A stretch of DNA of 64,000 nt, from positions 1-64,000 of the forward strand of contig CATNEN010000011.1 of the NCBI GenBank assembly GCA_950097015.1, read 5' to 3'. The stretch comes from Macrostomum hystrix (lineage: Eukaryota; Animalia; Platyhelminthes). Both the position numbers and the translations under genes were made by a program. The first letter of the stretch is position 1; each line of letters begins with the position of its first letter. Positions 24,301-36,589 of this stretch are shown piece by piece. The notes below the pieces were generated by a model that was given only the letters and a program-made list of their open reading frames with translations, ran no database searches and had not been told where the DNA came from.

Positions 24301-27300
24301 TTTAAAGCTAGCTGCTCCCACATATTTCTTGTGCAGCAATATCAGAACCAATGATTGCTATTGCAGCTTACAGCTAGCATGCCTGACTTTGAGAGGCGCA
24401 ATGATGGACGCTGATACAGGAACAACCATACAAAACAATCATGCTCCGTGTAGCGATCTAGAACAGGTTTGCGCGTGCTTCTCGCACAGATCGCTCTATA
24501 TGGCTTTTCTGAACTATGTTGGGGCGCTAAGGCTAGACTTTGTTTCCTTGATTGGAACTGGCGCTTACACACTCTCCCAGTCAGCTGGAAGATATATGAA
24601 CGGAGCAAAAATTTTAGCTAGCTGCTCCCGCAGATGTCATTATGCTGCAATGTTAGAATTTGTCTCAGGATTTTGCAAATCACGCCGTACATGAAAACGC
24701 GAAAAGAACAACTTGAGCTTCTTGCACGTGCACTAGAACAGCTTTGCACGTTCTGTTTGCAAAGATCAATTCATGCTGCTATTTAAGCATTTTGAAGGGA
24801 CACTCAAGGCTGTAGCTAGTTTGCTTAAGTGAAAGTGCTCTTACTCTAGTCAAGAGGAAGATATGAACGCAGCTAAAGTTTTATATCTAGCTGCTCCCAC
24901 AGATGTCTTGTGCAGCAATATCAGAACCAATGATTGCTATTGCAGCTTACAGCTAGCATGCCTGACTTTGAGAGGCGCAATGATGCACGCTGATACAGGA
25001 ACAACCATAGAAAACAATCATGCTCCGTGTAGCGATATAGAACAGCTTTGCGCGTGCCTCCCGCACAGATCGATATATGCTGCTATTTCAGAACTAAGGA
25101 ACTGTGTCTGTGAACTGGGCGCTGCGGCTATAATAAAAATTCCTTGATTGAAACGTGCGTTTGCACACTCTCAATCAGCAGGAATATAGAAACGCAGCTA
25201 GAGTTTCAGCTAGCTGCTCCTACAGATGTCAATATGCTGCAATGTTAGAACTAGGCTCAAGCTTTTTGCAAATCACGCCGTACATGAAAAAACGAAAAGA
25301 ACAACTTGAGCTTCTTGCACGTGCACTAGAACAGCTTTGCACGTTCTGTTTGCAAAGATCAATTCATGCTGCTATTTAAGCATTTTGAAGGGACACTCAA
25401 GGCTGTAGCTAGTTTGCTTAAGTGAAAGTGCTCTTACTCTAGTCAAGAGGAAGATATGAACGCAGCTAAAGTTTTATATCTAGCTGCTCCCACAGATGTC
25501 TTGTGCAGCAATATCAGAACCAATGATTGCTATTGCAGCTTACAGCTAGCATGCCTGACTTTGAGAGGCGCAATGATGCACGCTGATACAGGAACAACCA
25601 TAGAAAACAATCATGCTCCGTGTAGCGATATAGAACAGCTTTGCGCGTGCCTCCCGCACAGATCGATATATGCTGCTATTTCAGAACTAAGGAACTGTGT
25701 CTGTGAACTGGGCGCTGCGGCTATAATAAAAATTCCTTGATTGAAACGTGCGTTTGCACACTCTCAATCAGCAGGAATATAGAAACGCAGCTAGAGTTTC
25801 AGCTAGCTGCTCCTACAGATGTCAATATGCTGCAATGTTAGAACTAGGCTCAAGCTTTTTGCAAATCACGCCGTACATGAAAAAACGAAAAGAACAACTT
25901 GAGCTTCTTGCACGTGCACTAGAACAGCTTTGCACGTTCTGTTTGCAAAGATCAATTCATGCTGCTATTTAAGCATTTTGAAGGGACACTCAAGGCTGTA
26001 GCTAGTTTGCTTAAGTGAAAGTGCTCTTACTCTAGTCAAGAGGAAGATATGAACGCAGCTAAAGTTTTATATCTAGCTGCTCCCACAGATGTCTTGTGCA
26101 GCAATATCAGAACCAATGATTGCTATTGCAGCTTACAGCTAGCATGCCTGACTTTGAGAGGCGCAATGATGCACGCTGATACAGGAACAACCATAGAAAA
26201 CAATCATGCTCCGTGTAGCGATATAGAACAGCTTTGCGCGTGCTTCTCGCACAGATCGATATATGCTGCTATTTCAGAACTAAGGAACTGTGTCTGTGAA
26301 CTGGGCGCTGAGGCTATAATAAAAATTCCTTGATTGAAACGTGCGTTTGCACACTCTCAATCAGCAGGAATATAGAAACGCAGCTAGAGTTTCAGCTAGC
26401 TGCTCCTACAGATGTCAATATGCTGCTATGTTAGAACTAGGCTCAAGCTTTTTGCAAATCACGCCGTACATGAAAAAGCGAAAGAACAACTTGAGCTTCT
26501 TGCACGTGCACTAGAACAGCTTTGCACGTGCTGTTTGCAAAGATCAATTCATGCTGCTATTTAAGCATTTTGAAGGGAAACTCAAGGCTGTAGCTAGTTT
26601 GCTTAAGTGAAAGTGCTCTTACTCTAGTCAAGAGGAAGATATGAACGCAGCTAAAGTTTTATACCTAGCTGCTCCCACAGATGTCTTGTGCAGCAATATC
26701 AGAACCAATGATTGCTATTGCAGCTTACAGCTAGCATGCCTGACTTTGAGAGGCGCAATGATGCACGCTGATACAGGAACAACCATAGAAAACAATCATG
26801 CTCCGTGTAGCGATATAGAACAGCTTTGCGCGTGCTTCTCGCACAGATCGATATATGCTGCTATTTCAGAACTAAGGAACTGTGTCTGTGAACTGGGCGC
26901 TGAGGCTATAATAAAAATTCCTTGATTGAAACGTGCGTTTGCACACTCTCAATCAGCAGGAATATAGAAACGCAGCTAGAGTTTCAGCTAGCTGCTCCTA
27001 CAGATGTCAATATGCTGCAATGTTAGAACTAGGCTCAAGCTTTTTGCAAATCACGCCGTACATGAAAAAGCGAAAAGAACAACTTGAGCTTCTTGCACGT
27101 GCACTAGAACAGCTTTGCACGTTCTGTTTGCAAAGATCAATTCATGCTGCTATTTAAGCATTTTGAAGGGACACTCAAGGCGGTAGCCAGTTTGCTTAAG
27201 TAAAAGTGCTCTTACTCTAGTCAAGAGGTAGATATGAACGCGGCTAAAGTTTTAAAGCTAGCTGCTCCCACATATTTCTTGTGCAGCAATATCAGAACCA

Positions 27301-30169
27301 ATGATTGCTATTGCAGCTTACAGCTAGCATGCCTGACTTTGAGAGGCGCAATGATGGACGCTGATACAGGAACAACCATACAAAACAATCATGCTCCGTG
27401 TAGCGATCTAGAACAGGTTTGCGCGTGCTTCTCGCACAGATCGCTCTATATGGCTTTTCTGAACTATGTTGGGGCGCTAAGGCTAGACTTTGTTTCCTTG
27501 TTTGGAACTGGCGCTTACACACTCTCCCAGTCAGCTGGAAGATATATGACCGGAGCAAAAATTTTAGCTAGCTGCTCCCGCAGATGTCATTATGCTGCAA
27601 TGTTAGAATTTGTCTCAGGATTTTGCAAATCACGCCGTACATGAAAACGCGAAAAGAACAACTTGAGCTTCTTGCACGTGCACTAGAACAGCTTTGCACG
27701 TTCTGTTTGCAAAGATCAATTCATGCTGCTATTTAAGCATTTTGAAGGGACACTCAAGGCTGTAGCTAGTTTGCTTAAGTGAAAGTGCTCTTACTCTAGT
27801 CAAGAGGAAGATATGAACGCAGCTAAAGTTTTATATCTAGCTGCTCCCACAGATGTCTTGTGCAGCAATATCAGAACCAATGATTGCTATTGCAGCTTAC
27901 AGCTAGCATGCCTGACTTTGAGAGGCGCAATGATGCACGCTGATACAGGAACAACCATAGAAAACAATCATGCTCCGTGTAGCGATATAGAACAGCTTTG
28001 CGCGTGCCTCCCGCACAGATCGATATATGCTGCTATTTCAGAACTAAGGAACTGTGTCTGTGAACTGGGCGCTGCGGCTATAATAAAAATTCCTTGATTG
28101 AAACGTGCGTTTGCACACTCTCAATCAGCAGGAATATAGAAACGCAGCTAGAGTTTCAGCTAGCTGCTCCTACAGATGTCAATATGCTGCAATGTTAGAA
28201 CTAGGCTCAAGCTTTTTGCAAATCACGCCGTACATGAAAAAACGAAAAGAACAACTTGAGCTTCTTGCACGTGCACTAGAACAGCTTTGCACGTTCTGTT
28301 TGCAAAGATCAATTCATGCTGCTATTTAAGCATTTTGAAGGGACACTCAAGGCTGTAGCTAGTTTGCTTAAGTGAAAGTGCTCTTACTCTAGTCAAGAGG
28401 AAGATATGAACGCAGCTAAAGTTTTATATCTAGCTGCTCCCACAGATGTCTTGTGCAGCAATATCAGAACCAATGATTGCTATTGCAGCTTACAGCTAGC
28501 ATGCCTGACTTTGAGAGGCGCAATGATGCACGCTGATACAGGAACAACCATAGAAAACAATCATGCTCCGTGTAGCGATATAGAACAGCTTTGCGCGTGC
28601 TTCTCGCACAGATCGATATATGCTGCTATTTCAGAACTAAGGAACTGTGTCTGTGAACTGGGCGCTGAGGCTATAATAAAAATTCCTTGATTGAAACGTG
28701 CGTTTGCACACTCTCAATCAGCAGGAATATAGAAACGCAGCTAGAGTTTCAGCTAGCTGCTCCTACAGATGTCAATATGCTGCTATGTTAGAACTAGGCT
28801 CAAGCTTTTTGCAAATCACGCCGTACATGAAAAAGCGAAAGAACAACTTGAGCTTCTTGCACGTGCACTAGAACAGCTTTGCACGTGCTGTTTGCAAAGA
28901 TCAATTCATGCTGCTATTTAAGCATTTTGAAGGGAAACTCAAGGCTGTAGCTAGTTTGCTTAAGTGAAAGTGCTCTTACTCTAGTCAAGAGGAAGATATG
29001 AACGCAGCTAAAGTTTTATACCTAGCTGCTCCCACAGATGTCTTGTGCAGCAATATCAGAACCAATGATTGCTATTGCAGCTTACAGCTAGCATGCCTGA
29101 CTTTGAGAGGCGCAATGATGCACGCTGATACAGGAACAACCATAGAAAACAATCATGCTCCGTGTAGCGATATAGAACAGCTTTGCGCGTGCTTCTCGCA
29201 CAGATCGATATATGCTGCTATTTCAGAACTAAGGAACTGTGTCTGTGAACTGGGCGCTGAGGCTATAATAAAAATTCCTTGATTGAAACGTGCGTTTGCA
29301 CACTCTCAATCAGCAGGAATATAGAAACGCAGCTAGAGTTTCAGCTAGCTGCTCCTACAGATGTCAATATGCTGCAATGTTAGAACTAGGCTCAAGCTTT
29401 TTGCAAATCACGCCGTACATGAAAAAGCGAAAAGAACAACTTGAGCTTCTTGCACGTGCACTAGAACAGCTTTGCACGTTCTGTTTGCAAAGATCAATTC
29501 ATGCTGCTATTTAAGCATTTTGAAGGGACACTCAAGGCGGTAGCCAGTTTGCTTAAGTAAAAGTGCTCTTACTCTAGTCAAGAGGTAGATATGAACGCGG
29601 CTAAAGTTTTAAAGCTAGCTGCTCCCACATATTTCTTGTGCAGCAATATCAGAACCAATGATTGCTATTGCAGCTTACAGCTAGCATGCCTGACTTTGAG
29701 AGGCGCAATGATGGACGCTGATACAGGAACAACCATACAAAACAATCATGCTCCGTGTAGCGATCTAGAACAGGTTTGCGCGTGCTTCTCGCACAGATCG
29801 CTCTATATGGCTTTTCTGAACTATGTTGGGGCGCTAAGGCTAGACTTTGTTTCCTTGTTTGGAACTGGCGCTTACACACTCTCCCAGTCAGCTGGAAGAT
29901 ATATGACCGGAGCAAAAATTTTAGCTAGCTGCTCCCGCAGATGTCATTATGCTGCAATGTTAGAATTTGTCTCAGGATTTTGCAAATCACGCCGTACATG
30001 AAAACGCGAAAAGAACAACTTGAGCTTCTTGCACGTGCACTAGAACAGCTTTGCACGTTCTGTTTGCAAAGATCAATTCATGCTGCTATTTAAGCATTTT
30101 GAAGGGACACTCAAGGCTGTAGCTAGTTTGCTTAAGTGAAAGTGCTCTTACTCTAGTCAAGAGGAAGAT
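21334..30169 (+). repeat. 2357-bp 4-mer HOR (B593-B592-B593-A'579): copies 21334-23690, 25456-27812, 27813-30169, with an irregular B-A'-B trimer at 23691-25455
   Basis: The divergent A' unit (GAGGTAGATATGAACGCGGCTAAAGTTTTAAAGC, CCCACATATTTC, GATATATGA) starts at 23112, 24284, 27234 and 29591. The 592-bp B with AAGCGAAAGAAC starts at 21927, 26049 and 28406. Offsets of 2357 bp are confirmed. Confidence 0.92.
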
Positions 30170-31110
30170 ATGAACGCAGCTAAAGTTTTATATCTAGCTG
30201 CTCCCACAGATGTCTTGTGCAGCAATATCAGAACCAATGATTGCTATTGCAGCTTACAGCTAGCATGCCTGACTTTGAGAGGCGCAATGATGCACGCTGA
30301 TACAGGAACAACCATAGAAAACAATCATGCTCTGTGTAGCGATATAGAACAGCTTTGCGCGTGCCTCTCGCACAGATCGATATATGCTGCTATTTCAGAA
30401 CTAAGGAACTGTGTCTGTGAACTGGGCGCTGCGGCTATAATAAATATTCCTTGATTGAAACGTGCGTTTGCACACTCTCAATCAGCAGGAATATAGAAAC
30501 GCAGCTAGAGTTTCAGCTAGCTGCTCCTACAGATGTCAATATGCTGCAATGTTAGAACTAGGCTCAAGCTTTTTGCAAATCACGCCGTACATGAAAAAAC
30601 GAAAAGAACAACTTGAGCTTCTTGCACGTGCACTAGAACAGCTTTGCACGTTCTGTTTGTAAAGATCAATTCATGCTACTATTTAAGCATTTTGAAGGGA
30701 CACTCAAGGCTGTAGCTAGTTTGCTTAAGTGAAAGTGCTCTTACTCTAGTCAAGAGGAAGATATGAACGCAGCTAAAGTTTTATACCTAGCTGCTCCCAC
30801 AGATGTCTTGTGCAGCAATATCAGAACCAATGATTGCTATTGCAGCTTACAGCTAGCATGCCTGACTTTGAGAGGCGCAATGATGCACGCTGATACAGGA
30901 ACAACCATAGAAAACAATCATGCTCCGTGTAGCGATCTAGAACAGGTTTGCGCGTGCTTCTCGCACAGATCGCTCTATATGGCTTTTCTGAACTATGTTG
31001 GGGCGCTGAGGCTAGACTTTGTTTCCTTGATTGGAACTGGCGCTTACACACTCTCCCAGTCAGCTGGAAGATATGAACGGAGCAAAAATTTTAGCTAGCT
31101 GCTCCCGCAG

Positions 31111-31120
31111 CTGGCGCATA
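31111..31120. other. Second copy of the 10-bp CTGGCGCATA insertion
   Basis: Identical insertion in the unit at 30763, 11186 bp from the first. Confidence 0.9.
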
Positions 31121-31349
31121 ATGTCATTATGCTGCAATGTTAGAATTAGTCTCAGGATTTTGCAAATCACGCCGTACATGAAAAAGCGAAAAGAACAACT
31201 TGAGCTTCTTGCACGTGCACTAGAACAGCTTTGCACGTTCTGTTTGCAAAGATCAATTCATGCTGCTATTTAAGCATTTTGAAGGGACACTCAAGGCTGT
31301 AGCTAGTTTCCTTAAGTGAAAGTGCTCTTACTCTAGTCAAGAGGAAGAT

Positions 31350-31941
31350 ATGAACGCAGCTGAAGTTTTATATCTAGCTGCTCCCACAGATGTCTTGTGC
31401 AGCAATATCAGAACCAATGATTGCCATTGCAGCTTACAGCTAGCATGCCTGACTTTGAGAGGCGCAATGATGCACGCTGATACAGGAACAAAAATAGAAA
31501 ACAATCATGCTCCGTGTAGCGATATAGAATAGCTTTGCGCGTGCTTCTCGAACAGATCGATATATGCTGCTATTTCAGAACTAAGGAACTGTGTCTGTGA
31601 ACTGGGCGCTGAGGCTATAATAAAAATTCCTTGATTGAAACGTGCGTTTGCACACTCTCAATCAGCAGGAATATAGAAACGCAGCTAGAGTTTCAGCTAG
31701 CTGCTCCTACAGATGTCAATATGCTGCAATGTTAGAATTAGTCTCAGGATTTTGCAAAACACGCCGTACATGAATAAGCGAAAAGAACAACTTGAGCTTC
31801 TTGCACGTGCACTAGAACAGCTTTGCACGTTCTGTTTGCAAAGATCAATTCATGCTGCTATTTAAGCATTTTGAAGGGACACTCAAGGCTGTAGCTAGTT
31901 TCCTTAAGTGAAAGTGCTCTTACTCTAGTCAAGAGGAAGAT
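31350..31941 (+). repeat. Chimeric monomer: B central segment with A-type tail (592 bp)
   Basis: The B segment AAGGAACTGTGTCTGTG is followed by the A tail GTTAGAATTAGTCTCAGGATTTTGCAAAACACG. Private SNPs include GCTGAAGTT, TGCCATTG, ACAAAAATAG and GAATAGCT. Confidence 0.85.
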
Positions 31942-33127
31942 ATGAACGCAGCTAAAGTTTTATATCTAGCTGCTCCCACAGATGTCTTGTGCAGCAATAT
32001 CAGAACCAATGATTGCTATTGCAGCTTACAGCTAGCATGCCTGACTTTGAGAGGCGCAATGATGCACGCTGATACAGGAACAACCATAGAAAACAATCAT
32101 GCTCCGTGTAGCGATATAGAACAGCTTTGCGCGTGCTTCTCGCACAGATCGATATATGCTGCTATTTCAGAACTAAGGAACTGTGTCTGTGAACTGGGCG
32201 CTGAGGCTATAATAAAATTTCCTTGATTGAAACGTGCGTTTGCACACTCTCAATCAGCGGGAATATAGAAACGCAGCTAGAGTTTCAGCTAGCTGCTCCT
32301 ACAGATGTCAATATGCTGCAATGTTAGAACTAGGCTCAAGCTTTTTGCAAATCACGCCGTACATGAAAAAGCGAAAAGAACAACTTGAGCTTCTTGCACG
32401 TGCACTAGAACAGCTTTGCACGTTCTGTTTGCAAAGATCAATTCATGCTGCTATTTAAGCATTTTGAAGGGACACTCAAGGCTGTAGCTAGTTTGCTTAA
32501 GTGAAAGTGCTCTTACTCTAGTCAAGAGGAAGATATGAACGCAGCTAAAGTTTTATATCTAGCTGCTCCCACAGATGTCTTGTGCAGCAATATCAGAACC
32601 AATGATTGCTATTGCAGCTTACAGCTAGCATGCCTGACTTTGAGAGGCGCAATGATGCACGCTGATACAGGAACAACCATAGAAAACAATCATGCTCCGT
32701 GTAGCGATATAGAACAGCTTTGCGCGTGCTTCTCGCACAGATCGATATATGCTGCTATTTCAGAACTAAGGAACTGTGTCTGTGAACTGGGCGCTGAGGC
32801 TATAATAAAAATTCCTTGATTGAAACGTGCGTTTGCACACTCTCAATCAGCGGGAATATAGAAACGCAGCTAGAGTTTCAGCTAGCTGCTCCTACAGATG
32901 TCAATATGCTGCTATGTTAGAACTAGGCTCAAACTTTTTGCAAATCACGCCGTACATGAAAAAGCGAAAAGAACAACTTGAGCTTCTTGCACGTGCACTA
33001 GAACAGCTTTGCACGTTCTGTTTGCAAAGATCAATTCATGCTGCTATTTAAGCATTTTGAAGGGACACTCAAGGCTGTAGCTAGTTTGCTTATGTGAAAG
33101 TGCTCTTACTCTAGTCAAGAGGAAGAT

Positions 33128-36100
33128 ATGAACGCAGCTAAAGTTTTATATCTAGCTGCTCCCACAGATTTCTTGTGCAGCAATATCAGAACCAATGATT
33201 GCTATTGCAGCTTACAGCTAGCATGCCTGACTTTGAGAGGCGCAATGATGGACGCTGATACAGGAACAACCATAGAAAACAATCATGCTCCGTGTAGCGA
33301 TCTAGAACAGGTTTGCGCGTGCTTTTCGCACAGATCGCTCTATATGGCTTTTCTGAACTATGTTGGGGCGCTGAGGCTAGACTTTGTTTCCTTGATTGGA
33401 ACTGGCGCTTACACACTCTCCCAGTCAGCTGGAAGATATGAACGGAGCAAAAGTTTTTGCTTGCTGCTCCCGCAGATGTCATTATGCTGCAATGTTAGAA
33501 TTAGTCTCAGGATTTTGCAAAACACGCCGTACATGAATAAGCGAAAAGAACAACTTGAGCTTCTTGCACGTGCACTAGAACAGCTTTGCACGTTCTGTTT
33601 GCAAAGATCGATACATGCTGCTATTTAAGCATTTTGAAGGGACACTCAAGGCTGTAGCTAGTTTGCTTAAGTGAAAGTGCTCTTACTCTAGTCAAGAGGA
33701 AGATATGAACGCAGCTAAAGTTTTATATCTAGCTGCTCCCACAGATGTCTTGTGCAGCAATATCAGAACCAATGATTGCTATTGCAGCTTACAGCTAGCA
33801 TGCCTGACTTTGAGAGGCGCAATGATGCACGCTGATACAGGAACAACCATAGAAAACAATCATGCTCCGTGTAGCGATCTAGAACAGGTTTGCGCGTGCT
33901 TCTCGCACAGATCGCTCTATATGGCTTTTCTGAACTATGTTGGGGCGCTGAGGCTAGACTTTGTTTCCTTGATTGGAACTGGCGCTTACACACTCTCCCA
34001 GTCAGCTGGAAGATATGAACGGAGCAAAAATTTTAGCTAGCTGCTCCCGCAGATGTCATTATGCTGCAATGTTAGAATTAGTCTCAGGATTTTGCAAAAC
34101 ACGCCGTACATGAATAAGCGAAAAGAACAACTTGAGCTTCTTGCACGTGCACTAGAACAGCTTTGCACGTTCTGTTTGCAAAGATCAATTCATGCTGCTA
34201 TTTAAGCATTTTGAAGGGACACTCAAGGCTGTGGCTAGTTTGCTTATGTGAAAGTGCTCTTACTCTAGTCAAGAGGAAGATATGAACGCAGCTAAAGTTT
34301 TATATCTAGCTGCTCCCACAGATTTCTTGTGCAGCAATATCAGAACCAATGATTGCTATTGCAGCTTACAGCTAGCATGCCTGACTTTGAGAGGCGCAAT
34401 GATGGACGCTGATACAGGAACAACCATAGAAAACAATCATGCTCCGTGTAGCGATCTAGAACAGGTTTGCGCGTGCTTTTCGCACAGATCGCTCTATATG
34501 GCTTTTCTGAACTATGTTGGGGCGCTGAGGCTAGACTTTGTTTCCTTGATTGGAACTGGCGCTTACACACTCTCCCAGTCAGCTGGAAGATATGAACGGA
34601 GCAAAAGTTTTTGCTTGCTGCTCCCGCAGATGTCATTATGCTGCAATGTTAGAATTAGTCTCAGGATTTTGCAAAACACGCCGTACATGAATAAGCGAAA
34701 AGAACAACTTGAGCTTCTTGCACGTGCACTAGAACAGCTTTGCACGTTCTGTTTGCAAAGATCGATACATGCTGCTATTTAAGCATTTTGAAGGGACACT
34801 CAAGGCTGTAGCTAGTTTGCTTAAGTGAAAGTGCTCTTACTCTAGTCAAGAGGAAGATATGAACGCAGCTAAAGTTTTATATCTAGCTGCTCCCACAGAT
34901 GTCTTGTGCAGCAATATCAGAACCAATGATTGCTATTGCAGCTTACAGCTAGCATGCCTGACTTTGAGAGGCGCAATGATGCACGCTGATACAGGAACAA
35001 CCATAGAAAACAATCATGCTCCGTGTAGCGATCTAGAACAGGTTTGCGCGTGCTTCTCGCAAAGATCGCTCTATATGGCTTTTCTGAACTATGTTGGGGC
35101 GCTGAGGCTAGACTTTGTTTCCTTGATTGGAACTGGCGCTTACACACTCTCCCAGTCAGCTGGAAGATATGAACGGAGCAAAAATTTTAGCTAGCTGCTC
35201 CCGCAGATGTCATTATGCTGCAATGTTAGAATTAGTCTCAGGATTTTGCAAAACACGCCGTACATGAATAAGCGAAAAGAACAACTTGAGCTTCTTGCAC
35301 GTGCACTAGAACAGCTTTGCACGTTCTGTTTGCAAAGATCAATTCATGCTGCTATTTAAGCATTTTGAAGGGACACTCAAGGCTGTGGCTAGTTTGCTTA
35401 TGTGAAAGTGCTCTTACTCTAGTCAAGAGGAAGATATGAACGCAGCTAAAGTTTTATATCTAGCTGCTCCCACAGATTTCTTGTGCAGCAATATCAGAAC
35501 CAATGATTGCTATTGCAGCTTACAGCTAGCATGCCTGACTTTGAGAGGCGCAATGATGGACGCTGATACAGGAACAACCATAGAAAACAATCATGCTCCG
35601 TGTAGCGATCTAGAACAGGTTTGCGCGTGCTTTTCGCACAGATCGCTCTATATGGCTTTTCTGAACTATGTTGGGGCGCTGAGGCTAGACTTTGTTTCCT
35701 TGATTGGAACTGGCGCTTACACACTCTCCCAGTCAGCTGGAAGATATGAACGGAGCAAAAGTTTTTGCTTGCTGCTCCCGCAGATGTCATTATGCTGCAA
35801 TGTTAGAATTAGTCTCAGGATTTTGCAAAACACGCCGTACATGAATAAGCGAAAAGAACAACTTGAGCTTCTTGCACGTGCACTAGAACAGCTTTGCACG
35901 TTCTGTTTGCAAAGATCGATACATGCTGCTATTTAAGCATTTTGAAGGGACACTCAAGGCTGTAGCTAGTTTGCTTAAGTGAAAGTGCTCTTACTCTAGT
36001 CAAGAGGAAGATATGAACGCAGCTAAAGTTTTATATCTAGCTGCTCCCACAGATGTCTTGTGCAGCAATATCAGAACCAATGATTGCTATTGCAGCTTAC

Positions 36101-36589
36101 AGCTAGCATGCCTGACTTTGAGAGGCGCAATGATGCACGCTGATACAGGAACAACCATAGAAAACAATCATGCTCCGTGTAGCGATCTAGAACAGGTTTG
36201 CGCGTGCTTCTCGCACAGATCGCTCTATATGGCTTTTCTGAACTATGTTGGGGCGCTGAGGCTAGACTTTGTTTCCTTGATTGGAACTGGCGCTTACACA
36301 CTCTCCCAGTCAGCTGGAAGATATGAACGGAGCAAAAATTTTAGCTAGCTGCTCCCGCAGATGTCATTATGCTGCAATGTTAGAATTAGTCTCAGGATTT
36401 TGCAAAACACGCCGTACATGAATAAGCGAAAAGAACAACTTGAGCTTCTTGCACGTGCACTAGAACAGCTTTGCACGTTCTGTTTGCAAAGATCAATTCA
36501 TGCTGCTATTTAAGCATTTTGAAGGGACACTCAAGGCTGTAGCTAGTTTGCTTATGTGAAAGTGCTCTTACTCTAGTCAAGAGGAAGAT
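33128..36589 (+). repeat. 1154-bp dimer HOR (A''+A) x3
   Basis: A'' units (CAGATTTCTTG, ATGGACGC, AAAAGTTTTTGCTTGCTG) at 33128, 34282 and 35436 alternate with A units (GCAAAAATTTTAG) at 33705, 34859 and 36013. Confidence 0.93.

Larger units (their letters stand above)
16586..33127 (+). repeat. Domain 2: interspersed type B (592/593 bp) and type A-derived (575-587 bp) monomers
   Basis: The first B central segment (GATCGATATATGCTGCTATTTCAGAACTAAGGAACTGTGTCTGTGAAC) appears in the unit at 16586. A-type units start at 17832, 18409, 19577, 20757, 23112, 24284, 27234, 29591 and 30763; the rest are B. Confidence 0.95.

Noticed and set aside
33190-33360. CENP-B box (TTCG....A..CGGG)
   Set aside because: The only TTCG context noticed (TTTTCGCACAGATCGCT in A'') lacks the A and CGGG core positions.
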